From the IMG/VR virus record IMGVR_UViG_3300025327_000011: a DNA stretch of 32,329 bases. One strand, 5' to 3'. The position numbers and the translations under genes were made by a program. Positions 16,214-23,811 of this stretch are shown here, in pieces (position 1 is the stretch's first letter; every line of letters begins with the position of its first letter). This stretch comes from a virus. The notes under the pieces are model-generated. The model searched no databases. It was not told the DNA's origin and saw nothing but the letters and a program-made list of their open reading frames with translations.

Positions 16214-16463
16214 TTTTATTTACCTTTTTAATTGTTTTTTAACCTTTTTGTTTTTGTGCCTGGGTAGGTAAACCAACGGTAATTACTCCGCTGGAAACCC
16301 AGGAAACTGAATTTTTAGTTCTGTTTAGTATTAGTAAATAGTATATAAAAAAATAAATACTGGGTTAAACATAAATTTTTAAATGAAAAAGTCAATATTT
16401 CAACCAAAACGTTAATCATTTGTAAATAAATATTTTTATTAACACGTTAATAGAACTAACTCA

Positions 16464-16500
16464 GTAAAATCCTATAAATAAAACCTAATCAATAATTTTG
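16464..16500 (+). promoter_or_regulatory. Promoter candidate: GTAAAATCCT, 19 nt, then TAATTTTG (-7 box). The box ends 19 nt upstream of the ATG at 16520.
   Basis: The TAnnTTTG consensus of Bacteroidota sigma-A promoters is matched at 16493..16500. The decamer occupies the -33 position. Confidence 0.55.
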
Positions 16501-16519
16501 TTGTCTATTTAATAGAATA

Positions 16520-16744
16520 ATGACTGAAGAAGAAATATCAAAAACAAGGCTAAACTATCTTAAAGATAAGTTTGATGAAAAATATTCAATTGAATCATTA
16601 TCCAGATTAGTTGGAATTTCACGAATTAAGAAGTTTTCTGAAATAATCAGTGCAATATATTTAAAAGAAAAATCTCTTTTAGATGAAGATAGAAAAAAAT
16701 TGGGTCGTTTTATTAGTAAATATTTTTATCCAAATAGAGAATAA
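16520..16744 (+). CDS. Small HTH DNA-binding protein (Cro/XRE-like early regulator), 74 aa.
   Basis: SIESLSRLVGISRIKKFSEI resembles a helix-turn-helix. It is the first gene of the divergent plus-strand cluster. Confidence 0.5.
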   Translation: MTEEEISKTRLNYLKDKFDEKYSIESLSRLVGISRIKKFSEIISAIYLKEKSLLDEDRKKLGRFISKYFYPNRE

Positions 16745-16747
16745 TAA

Positions 16748-16780
16748 TTTTTACTTTTTCCTGTACTATTTATAAATAAA
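16748..16780 (+). promoter_or_regulatory. Conserved upstream element, copy 2: TTTTTACTTTTTCCTGTACTATTTATAAATAAA.
   Basis: The 24-nt core is identical to the minus-strand copy at 14711..14740. It lies about 18 nt upstream of the ATG at 16798. Confidence 0.55.
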
Positions 16781-16797
16781 CGATAAAACTAAAAATT

Positions 16798-17115
16798 ATG
16801 ATAGATGTGTGTTATTATGACCTCTCGCTTGATAAACAAAATTCCTGCTTGATTGCTGTGAAGAATAAATCTTCTTATATTCCTAAAAAAGGAGAGATAA
16901 TTAAAATTTCACTCCCTTATTGCGAACATATAACTTATATTGATGATTATAAAATGGGAGAGTCAGTTAAGTTTATTGTTGATGTTGTTGAATATAACCT
17001 TGATAGTAATGAAATAGATGATATTGAAGAAAAAAATACAGAAATGGTATGTGTTTATATTACCAGATTAACTGAATATCTTAAAAGAAAGGTTTTAGTT
17101 GAAAAAATAATTTAA
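16798..17115 (+). CDS. Hypothetical protein, 105 aa.
   Basis: Track ORF preceded by the conserved element. Confidence 0.55.
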   Translation: MIDVCYYDLSLDKQNSCLIAVKNKSSYIPKKGEIIKISLPYCEHITYIDDYKMGESVKFIVDVVEYNLDSNEIDDIEEKNTEMVCVYITRLTEYLKRKVLVEKII

Positions 17116-17125
17116 AATAATTCTG

Positions 17126-17157
17126 ATTTAACTTTTTCCTTAACTATTTATAATAAA
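17126..17157 (+). promoter_or_regulatory. Conserved upstream element, copy 3 (degenerate): ATTTAACTTTTTCCTTAACTATTTATAATAAA.
   Basis: Shares ACTTTTTCCT..ACTATTTATAA with copies 1 and 2. It lies just upstream of the ATG at 17162. Confidence 0.45.
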
Positions 17158-17161
17158 AAAA

Positions 17162-17353
17162 ATGAATAACTGTAGTGATATACCATTAAACTGTTTTTTT
17201 GAAACAAAAAAAGATTTTAAAAATCTCGTTCAAACACGGATAGTAATATTTGAAAAGTATAATGAAAAGATTGAAAAGTATAATGAAAAGATAAAAACAG
17301 AGTATTTTATTTTGAAACAAAGAATATATTCAAACACGGATAGTAATATTTGA
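17162..17353 (+). CDS. Small hypothetical protein (63 aa as it stands). Its frame is terminated inside a 100-bp tandem duplication.
   Basis: Track ORF. See repeat 17229..17387. The +1 frame after the duplication stays open to 17462. Confidence 0.4.
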   Translation: MNNCSDIPLNCFFETKKDFKNLVQTRIVIFEKYNEKIEKYNEKIKTEYFILKQRIYSNTDSNI

Positions 17354-17387
17354 AAAGTATAATGAAAAGATAAAAACAGAGTATTTT
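17229..17387 (+). repeat. Tandem duplication, copy 1 at 17229..17308 and copy 2 at 17329..17387, offset exactly 100 bp. Copy 1 has a nested 21-bp duplication (17250..17270 = 17271..17291).
   Basis: ttcaaacacggatagtaatatttgaaaagtataatgaaaaga and taaaaacagagtatttt both occur twice. Read directly. Confidence 0.9.
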
Positions 17388-17468
17388 GAAATTAAAATGA
17401 TGGAACGTCAAAAACAACTTAGTGACTTTTTAGATAACTTACCGACAAAACCAAGAAATTAAGTAAAA

Positions 17469-17678
17469 ATGAACTATGACGATTATACTTTCGAAGAAAA
17501 AAAGAAAGAACGTACACAAATAAATATCGATATAAAAGACAGAGGAAGATATCTTATGTGGAGAGCATTGTGTAAAAACAATGGCTGGAACCAATCATAC
17601 ATAATAAGAGAATGTTTATTTGAACTTATGGAAAAAGCAATAAAAGAAAATAACAACAAACAAAATGAAAATAACTAA
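17469..17678 (+). CDS. Ribbon-helix-helix (CopG/Arc-like) DNA-binding protein, 69 aa.
   Basis: The putative beta-strand TQINIDI is followed by two helices (RGRYLMWRALCKNNGW, QSYIIRECLFELMEKAI). Pattern call by eye. Confidence 0.45.
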   Translation: MNYDDYTFEEKKKERTQINIDIKDRGRYLMWRALCKNNGWNQSYIIRECLFELMEKAIKENNNKQNENN

Positions 17679-17754
17679 AAGTGAAATAACAGCATTTATT
17701 TTAGGTGCTTTTTTGGGATTAATTATAGAATTAGTCATTTATATAATGAAATAA
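17665..17754 (+). CDS. Possible 29-aa single-pass membrane peptide.
   Basis: Hand translation gives MKITKSEITAFILGAFLGLIIELVIYIMK. It overlaps the previous ORF by 14 nt and is followed by a terminator. Confidence 0.3.
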   Translation: MKITKSEITAFILGAFLGLIIELVIYIMK

Positions 17755-17782
17755 TCCTGCTTTATCAGGTTATAAAAAAGTA

Positions 17783-17831
17783 AAATCCTGCAGATTTAGT
17801 CACTCATTTTATGCAGGTTTTATTTTTTTTT
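17783..17831 (+). terminator. Intrinsic terminator closing the plus-strand early cluster.
   Basis: Stem CCTGCA (17787..17792) pairs with TGCAGG (17812..17817), followed by TTTTATTTTTTTTT. Confidence 0.7.
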
Positions 17832-17860
17832 GGTTTATTGAAAAAAATTTACTATCTTTG
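17829..17860 (+). promoter_or_regulatory. Host-type promoter: TTTG (-33), 20 nt, TATCTTTG (-7).
   Basis: TTTG at 17829..17832 and TATCTTTG at 17853..17860 match the Bacteroidota TTTG / TAnnTTTG consensus and spacing. The -7 box ends 51 nt upstream of the ATG at 17912. Confidence 0.6.
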
Positions 17861-17911
17861 TCGTCAATTAAATGAAAATCATTTAGTTTTTTAACTTAAA
17901 TCTTAAATCAA

Positions 17912-18268
17912 ATGAAAAAGTACATTTTAATGTTGGGAATGATAATTTTTTTATTATCTTCTTGTAAAAAAGAAAAAATAGTAGTAGTTCCTACTCATAC
18001 TATGGAAATTGAAATAACAAGAGCAAATACTCCTGGATATTATACAATTAATGGAGGTAATCAAATTAAAATCGGTTATGTTAATTCATCTCCCCAATTA
18101 ATAACTTTCTCAGCAAAAAAAGGTGATGTTATTTTTTGTCATATAAGTAATCAAGTTTATGGAGGAGCAAATTATAATTTATATTTAAAAGAAGATGGAA
18201 ATATAGTTATAAATAATCATTATTATTATACTGATAATAGTGGTGTTATAAATTATACAGTTTTGTAA
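17912..18268 (+). CDS. Lipoprotein (moron), 118 aa.
   Basis: Signal peptide with lipobox MKKYILMLGMIIFLLSSC. The gene has its own promoter and terminator and is oriented opposite to the flanking lysis genes. Confidence 0.7.
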   Translation: MKKYILMLGMIIFLLSSCKKEKIVVVPTHTMEIEITRANTPGYYTINGGNQIKIGYVNSSPQLITFSAKKGDVIFCHISNQVYGGANYNLYLKEDGNIVINNHYYYTDNSGVINYTVL

Positions 18269-18294
18269 AGCAATAGTTATCTTTTATTTTTAAG

Positions 18295-18335
18295 CACCGG
18301 CCAGAAAAATGTTCTTTAATGGTCGGTGTTTTTTA
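18295..18335 (+). terminator. Intrinsic terminator, possibly bidirectional between convergent genes.
   Basis: CACCGGCC (18295..18302) pairs with GGTCGGTG (18321..18328, one G-U pair), followed by TTTTTT. It lies between the lipoprotein stop and the endolysin stop. Confidence 0.7.
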
Positions 18336-18722
18336 CTATAATTCGAAATGAGGTAAATCTTTAAATGAACTAAAATTACCTCCCCAATTTACATCAGAAT
18401 CTATTTCTTTTATTATTTCATAAAATTTTTTGAATAATTTTGGATTCCAATCTAATTTTTTATCAAAAGTTAAAAATGCGATATCAAAAGCTGTAGAAGG
18501 ATTAGTATTATGCTTACTTTGTCCTCCTTTTGCATTTGTTATTTTTTTGCCTTTAATTGTTCTTCCTATTTTATATAATTCATCCTGTTCTTCAGGAGAA
18601 CGATAAGTGCATACTAAAAAAGGCACCGGCTCATTTGAATAAATTTCTTTCCATTTTTTCAATGAAAAATCAAATGCAGTTGCTAATTTAAAAACTAAGT
18701 CTTTTTTATCTCTACTCGCCAT
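18336..18722 (-). CDS. Endolysin, peptidase M15 (VanY / L-alanyl-D-glutamate peptidase-like), 128 aa.
   Basis: Motifs CTYRSPEEQDELY, GQSKHNTNPSTAFDIAF (H...D zinc ligands) and WGGNFSSFKDLPHFEL (the terminal H of the M15 H-D-H triad). Confidence 0.8.
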   Translation of the reverse strand: MASRDKKDLVFKLATAFDFSLKKWKEIYSNEPVPFLVCTYRSPEEQDELYKIGRTIKGKKITNAKGGQSKHNTNPSTAFDIAFLTFDKKLDWNPKLFKKFYEIIKEIDSDVNWGGNFSSFKDLPHFEL

Positions 18723-19182
18723 CTGTTATTTTTTTTATATTTTTTTGAAATTCTTTTGTTCTATTCAAAAGTGTTTTAAATTTTTTCCAAATCGAAACTC
18801 CGGATATAGCTAAATAGTTCTCATTTATACTTGTGGCTTCGATAAAAAGTAACGTTGTAGTAACTATTTTTGTTAAAATAAAAGGAATGGATGTGAAAAG
18901 TCCTATAATATCACCAAGAATGAATTTTTCAACTGCAAAAGCAAGAATAATAGCAGATTGATATAACACCATTTTACTTATTATTTTAGAAAATTTTCTT
19001 GAGGTAATTGGCTCTTTTACTTTATTTGCACGTAGTATTCCAAAAATACTATCAACGAAAATAGCTACTCCAACAATTATAATTAAAGGAATAATTGGCA
19101 TCAAAAAAGCTATAATTATTCCATAAATTGATAGAAAAGATTTCTTTATTGATATTGCTAAAATATTTATCTGCTCTGTCAT
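18712..19182 (-). CDS. Holin (Phage_holin_4-like multi-pass membrane protein), 156 aa.
   Basis: At least three hydrophobic helices and a basic C-terminus. It overlaps the endolysin start by 11 nt. Confidence 0.6.
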   Translation of the reverse strand: MTEQINILAISIKKSFLSIYGIIIAFLMPIIPLIIIVGVAIFVDSIFGILRANKVKEPITSRKFSKIISKMVLYQSAIILAFAVEKFILGDIIGLFTSIPFILTKIVTTTLLFIEATSINENYLAISGVSIWKKFKTLLNRTKEFQKNIKKITDGE

Positions 19183-19184
19183 AA

Positions 19185-19757
19185 TTAAAAATTGTTACAA
19201 AAGTTATTGCAATTGTTATTGTTGTTATTTCTGTCTTCGTATGGCAAACCAGCTATGTGCAAGCCGCCGAAGTACTGTGTACGTTCCGGGAAAATCGTTG
19301 AGCAGTCTGAAGGGTCGTTAACTAATTCCGGAAATAAAGTATAGTTGGCCTTCATATAATTTATAAATCTTTGTGCGTAATAGCTTGCGTTGTTTAAAAT
19401 TTTTGCTTGTAAATAAACAATTTCTTCCATTGAAGCAGCATTCGAATTATCACTGTTTTTTGTTAGAACGCTTTTATTGGTTATTTGCCAATTAATAAAA
19501 GGAAGTGCTTCATATAATGTGTATTGAGCTAATGTTGGTTGAACATACAGTTGCATAAGAGTTAAGTAATTACCGGAAAGGGAATTGGATTTTACATCTG
19601 TAATCAAACGATTATATAATTCTGTACCAAGACATGGCAGAATATATTTATCCATACTTAGCACAATAAATGGACGTATAGTCATACCATCAACATTTGC
19701 TTGTATATTAGTATTGGCTTTTAGGTAATCTAGAGTAATGAATATGCTATCTGTCAT
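19185..19757 (-). CDS. Putative head-tail connector / head completion protein, 190 aa.
   Basis: The N-terminus ITLDYLKANTNIQANVD...ILPCLGTELYNRL resembles gp6-like connector proteins. It is adjacent to the portal gene and has an Asn-rich tail, NNNNNCNNFCNNF. Confidence 0.35.
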   Translation of the reverse strand: MTDSIFITLDYLKANTNIQANVDGMTIRPFIVLSMDKYILPCLGTELYNRLITDVKSNSLSGNYLTLMQLYVQPTLAQYTLYEALPFINWQITNKSVLTKNSDNSNAASMEEIVYLQAKILNNASYYAQRFINYMKANYTLFPELVNDPSDCSTIFPERTQYFGGLHIAGLPYEDRNNNNNNCNNFCNNF

Positions 19758-19759
19758 AA

Positions 19760-20965
19760 TTATTCTTGTTTTTTAATTTCTAAATACATTTTTTGGTCTG
19801 CAGGATTAATCGTAGTTGAATATAAATTATATTTATTTAATTCAAATGTTGGAGCTATTCCATTATATATAGCAAGTTTATTTATTGCATCACAAATAAT
19901 CTTTTGAGCAGGAGCGATGTTCGTAGTTTGAAACATATCATACGAATCTTGAATATCTGTTCTTGCTCCAAGTTTTCCAGACGTTTCTATATTTGCCACA
20001 ATAGATGATGCATCGTGGCCTATTCTTATATTTTCATTAACCTGAGTCATTAAATCTTTAAAGCGTTGGTCACTGCCATTGTTAGGCATAGGTACGAATT
20101 CAGGTGCTTTATCTGCATTTTCTGCATAAACCATAAGGATATCTCCACTTGCTTCGGCACCAGAATATCTTTTGCGTAGCTCTTGATATTGTTGCTCTCT
20201 CATTTCTTTTGGAGGAATACCATTTTTATTAATAATAATTAAACCTGAATTCATATTATTTTGAATTGATCTCAAATGGAAAACGTTAATTTCAAAAGCC
20301 AATTTTATCCAATTCAAAGAACTTGTATAATTACAATAAGAATAGTACTCTGCATTTGGGGAATATTGTCGAACAAAAAGAATTTGATTAGGAAATTCTT
20401 CTGCTTTTAGAGGATTAAAACCAACCATTTTTACCGGTGTGTTTTCTTCTCTTCTATAAAACTCCCAATCTCTGCTTACATAATAATTTTTTTCATTAAT
20501 TTCATCACCATCAATTGGTTTTGCAACTCTTACTTTTTCGAAAGGTAAATGTTGAATTCTGGAAATGGATTTTCCATCTTTACTAAATGTAACATTTAGA
20601 TAAAAGCCACCAAATAAATGTAAATCAAAGGCTGTAGCTACAACAATTTCATCAAGTGTCATATTACCAAACCTATTAGCTAAAAAATTAAGAGCTAATC
20701 CATTTAGGCCATCAGTTTTAAAACCATTACCTGCAGTCATATTCCCTTTTTTTCTAATCATTGCGGTGTGTAATGAGCTTGAATCTAAATAAAGACGAAT
20801 CAATTCTTGAGGGTATAAATTATCTAATCCAAAATTAACCCATGGCTGATTATTTCTCCAGAATTCTTTAAACTCAGGAGTTTTTGAAACTCCGCGTTCA
20901 TAGGAATAAAATAAGAAGTTATCATCCTTTTGTTTTTCTGTATTTTCTTTTGTACTTTTTGCCAT
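19760..20965 (-). CDS. Portal protein, 401 aa.
   Basis: Size, position in the head module, and the N-terminal pattern YPQELIRLYLDSSSLHTAMIRKKGNMTAGNGF typical of portal families. Call made by eye. Confidence 0.55.
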   Translation of the reverse strand: MAKSTKENTEKQKDDNFLFYSYERGVSKTPEFKEFWRNNQPWVNFGLDNLYPQELIRLYLDSSSLHTAMIRKKGNMTAGNGFKTDGLNGLALNFLANRFGNMTLDEIVVATAFDLHLFGGFYLNVTFSKDGKSISRIQHLPFEKVRVAKPIDGDEINEKNYYVSRDWEFYRREENTPVKMVGFNPLKAEEFPNQILFVRQYSPNAEYYSYCNYTSSLNWIKLAFEINVFHLRSIQNNMNSGLIIINKNGIPPKEMREQQYQELRKRYSGAEASGDILMVYAENADKAPEFVPMPNNGSDQRFKDLMTQVNENIRIGHDASSIVANIETSGKLGARTDIQDSYDMFQTTNIAPAQKIICDAINKLAIYNGIAPTFELNKYNLYSTTINPADQKMYLEIKKQE

Positions 20966-20967
20966 AA

Positions 20968-21393
20968 TTAATTATAAATATATAAACTTGTTGCACCAGT
21001 ATATTGTGTTGTTATATTATAAAGAGAACTTCCGGATAATAAAACTTTACCAGATTCAATATAACCATCAGAATTTGCATTACTTAATGTTACTCCTGAT
21101 AAATCAATATTTGTTTGACCAGTCATTTGATAAATTTTATATTGATAATAGCCAGGTATTTCTAAATGTATTGTTCCAGCTGTTAAATTTTGAGTAACAG
21201 CCGGTCCTTCTGTTATTGAAAATTCATTATATCGTTCAGTATTTGAACTTATATCAGGAGCAGTGAAAAACATTGATGATTGATTATCATCTGAAATAAA
21301 ATTAAAAAGATAATAAGTACTACCTGTTAAAGTTGTTAGCTCGGAAAGAGTTAAAATTACATTTGTTGTAGCAGATTTGTTTAAATAAATCAT
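20968..21393 (-). CDS. Hypothetical virion protein, 141 aa.
   Basis: Beta-rich ORF between the tube-like and portal genes. Confidence 0.45.
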   Translation of the reverse strand: MIYLNKSATTNVILTLSELTTLTGSTYYLFNFISDDNQSSMFFTAPDISSNTERYNEFSITEGPAVTQNLTAGTIHLEIPGYYQYKIYQMTGQTNIDLSGVTLSNANSDGYIESGKVLLSGSSLYNITTQYTGATSLYIYN

Positions 21394-21454
21394 AATAAAT
21401 CGATTTAATTCAAGAATATATTAATAAATATAAAAAGAACTCCAATGTACATTA

Positions 21455-21490
21455 ATAAAAAAAGCCAGACGATTTTAAACAGCTGGCTTA
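21455..21490 (-). terminator. Intrinsic terminator after the 21510..22022 gene.
   Basis: The minus strand reads AAGCCAG-14 nt-CTGGCTT followed by TTTTTT (plus-strand arms 21462..21468 and 21483..21489, A-run 21457..21462). Confidence 0.7.
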
Positions 21491-21509
21491 AATTTTAATC
21501 AATTAAGAT

Positions 21510-22022
21510 TTAAACGATTGAAAGAGTTGCAACGTAAGTACTTGATACCTCCCTAGCAGGAGATGGTTCTTTGGCAGTAATAGAAAAAGTGGAGCCATTT
21601 AAATCGCCATACGCTTTTCCTAATCCAATAGAACTTGCAGTTAAATCAGCTCCATTTTGTTCAGCCATCATAAAGTATTTTCCATTTTGATCAAGAACAA
21701 GAACTTGTAATCTTGATTGTGATAGAACTAAAAGCAAATCTCTGACACTCGCTTGATTTTTATAAAGTGTAAGGGAAGCAATTTGAGTCCAATAATTTGT
21801 GCCATTTTCGACGCTATGTGCGCCGTCTTCTTTATATTCTCCAACTTCATTTCTTTGCTCAAAAGTATAAAATGTTGGAACAGATGTTCCGCCGGTAATA
21901 ATATTATCAGAACCGACTGAAAAAGATGTAACAGCAGAAAAATTTCCTATATAAAATTTTTGTACTCCGCCTAAATTATCTTTGCAACCTAGTGAATAAC
22001 CTGTTGTGAATATGCAACTCAT
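21510..22022 (-). CDS. Abundant structural protein, possibly the major tail (tube) protein, 170 aa.
   Basis: Flanked by hairpin terminators, as highly expressed virion genes often are. Beta-rich, with the motif GKAYGDLNGSTFSITA. The family assignment is uncertain. Confidence 0.35.
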   Translation of the reverse strand: MSCIFTTGYSLGCKDNLGGVQKFYIGNFSAVTSFSVGSDNIITGGTSVPTFYTFEQRNEVGEYKEDGAHSVENGTNYWTQIASLTLYKNQASVRDLLLVLSQSRLQVLVLDQNGKYFMMAEQNGADLTASSIGLGKAYGDLNGSTFSITAKEPSPAREVSSTYVATLSIV

Positions 22023-22059
22023 AGTTTTTTAATTATTAATATTGTTTATTTATATTTAA

Positions 22060-22089
22060 AATGGCGAGCCAATTTCTCAACTCGCCATT
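22060..22089 (-). terminator. Hairpin (AATGGCGAG / CTCGCCATT) downstream of the capsid gene. Terminator, attenuator or mRNA stabiliser.
   Basis: 9-bp stem with a 12-nt loop. U-rich tracts lie on both sides, TTTAAATAT on the minus strand and CTTTGTTTTG on the plus strand. Confidence 0.5.
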
Positions 22090-22115
22090 CTTTGTTTTGT
22101 CTTTTTTAATTTTTG

Positions 22116-23072
22116 TTATCTTATTACAACAACTAGTTCTGGAAATACGAATCCAGTACCTACACGAATTTTTGTGCGAGTGTGAATTGCATCTGCATTT
22201 TTCTCGAACCATATGTCCATATTTAAATCTGACTCGTCAGAAATTACAAGAACGATATTTTCTTTTTTGGTTGCCAAAGCTGTTCCGCTGGCAACACCAT
22301 CCATACCGTTAGTTTTAACAATATGCATTCCAATACTTCCTGGGTGAAGAATATTTGTTGTAGCTTCAGCTTGAGTATTGTAATTGTATAAATTTAAGCT
22401 TCTTAACGAAGATAAATATGATTGAAAGTCTGCAGGAGAAAGATAAAGATTAAATTCATCTAGTAGCACAGAAGCATTAGCTGCTACGCTTGTTAAAATA
22501 TCGTCTACGATTACATAAGCATTAGAAACAGTTATTGCTGTTTTAGCTACGTTTACTGTTGATGCAGAAGCAAGATAACCAGCTTCTAAGAAACCATTAC
22601 AAAGAACTAAATTTCCAGTTGTTGCAGCGGAACCTGCATAATTTGGTGCAGCGGTTGCACTTCTCCAAACCATTTGGTCAATTGCTTTAGTTGTTGCTTC
22701 TACTTTATTAGAAACAAAAACATCTTCGAAAGCCCCAAGATCTTCAGTATTAAATTTAGATTGAGCCATAAATGATAAGTAATACTTATTTAATGTATCA
22801 ATACACACAGAATCTTCGAACTTAACTGGGCAGAGCGTAACTGTAGTCGCACCAATAACAGTACTTCCAGATGTTGCAAAAGCACTACAAGCAGCAGTTG
22901 TTCCTAAAATTGTACTTTTGATTGAATTTAATTGTACGGCATTGCCGATGGCACCGTATTGTATAGCGACGATATCGCCTTTTATTGTGTTTGAAGCTAA
23001 AAGAATTTCTTTAGCCAATTTTCCAGATATTTGATCTGTGTAGGTTGATAATGCTGATACGTTTAATGACAT
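22116..23072 (-). CDS. Major capsid protein (HK97-fold type), 318 aa.
   Basis: Gene order protease-scaffold-capsid, appropriate size, Ala/Thr/Ser-rich composition, and a hairpin after the gene. Confidence 0.7.
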   Translation of the reverse strand: MSLNVSALSTYTDQISGKLAKEILLASNTIKGDIVAIQYGAIGNAVQLNSIKSTILGTTAACSAFATSGSTVIGATTVTLCPVKFEDSVCIDTLNKYYLSFMAQSKFNTEDLGAFEDVFVSNKVEATTKAIDQMVWRSATAAPNYAGSAATTGNLVLCNGFLEAGYLASASTVNVAKTAITVSNAYVIVDDILTSVAANASVLLDEFNLYLSPADFQSYLSSLRSLNLYNYNTQAEATTNILHPGSIGMHIVKTNGMDGVASGTALATKKENIVLVISDESDLNMDIWFEKNADAIHTRTKIRVGTGFVFPELVVVIR

Positions 23073-23124
23073 AATTTATGTTTTAAATTGTTATTTGTTT
23101 GTTTGGTCTTCGTGACCAATATTT

Positions 23125-23754
23125 TTATTTGTTATTTTTTGATTCTCTAATTTCAACAATTCTATTAAAAGTTGTTGATTTTTTTGTTTGTTTTACTTCT
23201 TCTTTTGCTTCAACTTTTTTGAAGTTTACAGCAGGAGTTGCAGGTTCTGCACTTAATTCTTTTACTTGTTTCTTCAGATTTTTATTTTCTTTAGTAACTT
23301 CTTTCATTTCTGATTCCATTTGCATTCCACCTGCATTACACATGTCAATACATTTTTTTATTTCTTCAGAAAGTAAATTTATTGCTGCTTCAAGTTCTGC
23401 ACATTTTGTTTCGATTGCCGTAATCTTATCAGTTTCAGGAGCTTCAGTTACTGGAGTTTCTAACGCTGGAGTTTCTTCTGCCATTTCTTCTTCTGGAACT
23501 TCCGGAGCAACAATTTTTATAATTGCACCTGTTCCGTCTGTTGAAATTATACTTCCATCTTCTAATTCATAATCAGCAGCTCCTACTATTTGAACTGAAC
23601 CATCTTCTGATAATTGAGAAACAATAGAACCTTCTTTCAATTCTCCATCTACTCTTAATATTAAACCATCTTTAGTTTTAACATCAGCACATTTTGTTTC
23701 TTGTGGTGTTTTTTCTGCTTCAAAAAGCAATTTGATTTTATCAATTAAACTCAT
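23125..23754 (-). CDS. Scaffolding protein, 209 aa.
   Basis: Acidic, with a coiled-coil segment (AELEAAINLLSEEIKK...KNLKKQVKEL). Positioned between the protease and capsid genes. Confidence 0.55.
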   Translation of the reverse strand: MSLIDKIKLLFEAEKTPQETKCADVKTKDGLILRVDGELKEGSIVSQLSEDGSVQIVGAADYELEDGSIISTDGTGAIIKIVAPEVPEEEMAEETPALETPVTEAPETDKITAIETKCAELEAAINLLSEEIKKCIDMCNAGGMQMESEMKEVTKENKNLKKQVKELSAEPATPAVNFKKVEAKEEVKQTKKSTTFNRIVEIRESKNNK

Positions 23755-23811
23755 ATTGGTTGCGTTGCGTTAATTTATAATAATAAATATAATTGTGTGT
23801 TTTTTGTACAA

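Noticed and set aside
15564-16271. Plus-strand ORFs 15564..15962 (132 aa) and 16035..16271 (78 aa).
   Set aside because: They lie antisense to the Rep-like gene. The first merely mirrors the tandem repeats (SAIDGSAIDGSAIDG), and both have Phe/Leu/Ser-rich shadow composition.
20988-22312. Plus-strand ORFs 20988..21197 and 22061..22312.
   Set aside because: They lie antisense to structural genes. The second starts inside the terminator hairpin and runs antisense into the capsid gene.
23099-23572. Plus-strand ORF of 157 aa.
   Set aside because: It lies entirely antisense to the scaffold gene. It is a Phe/Ser-rich, low-complexity mirror of a Lys/Glu-rich coding strand, and no promoter or start context was seen.
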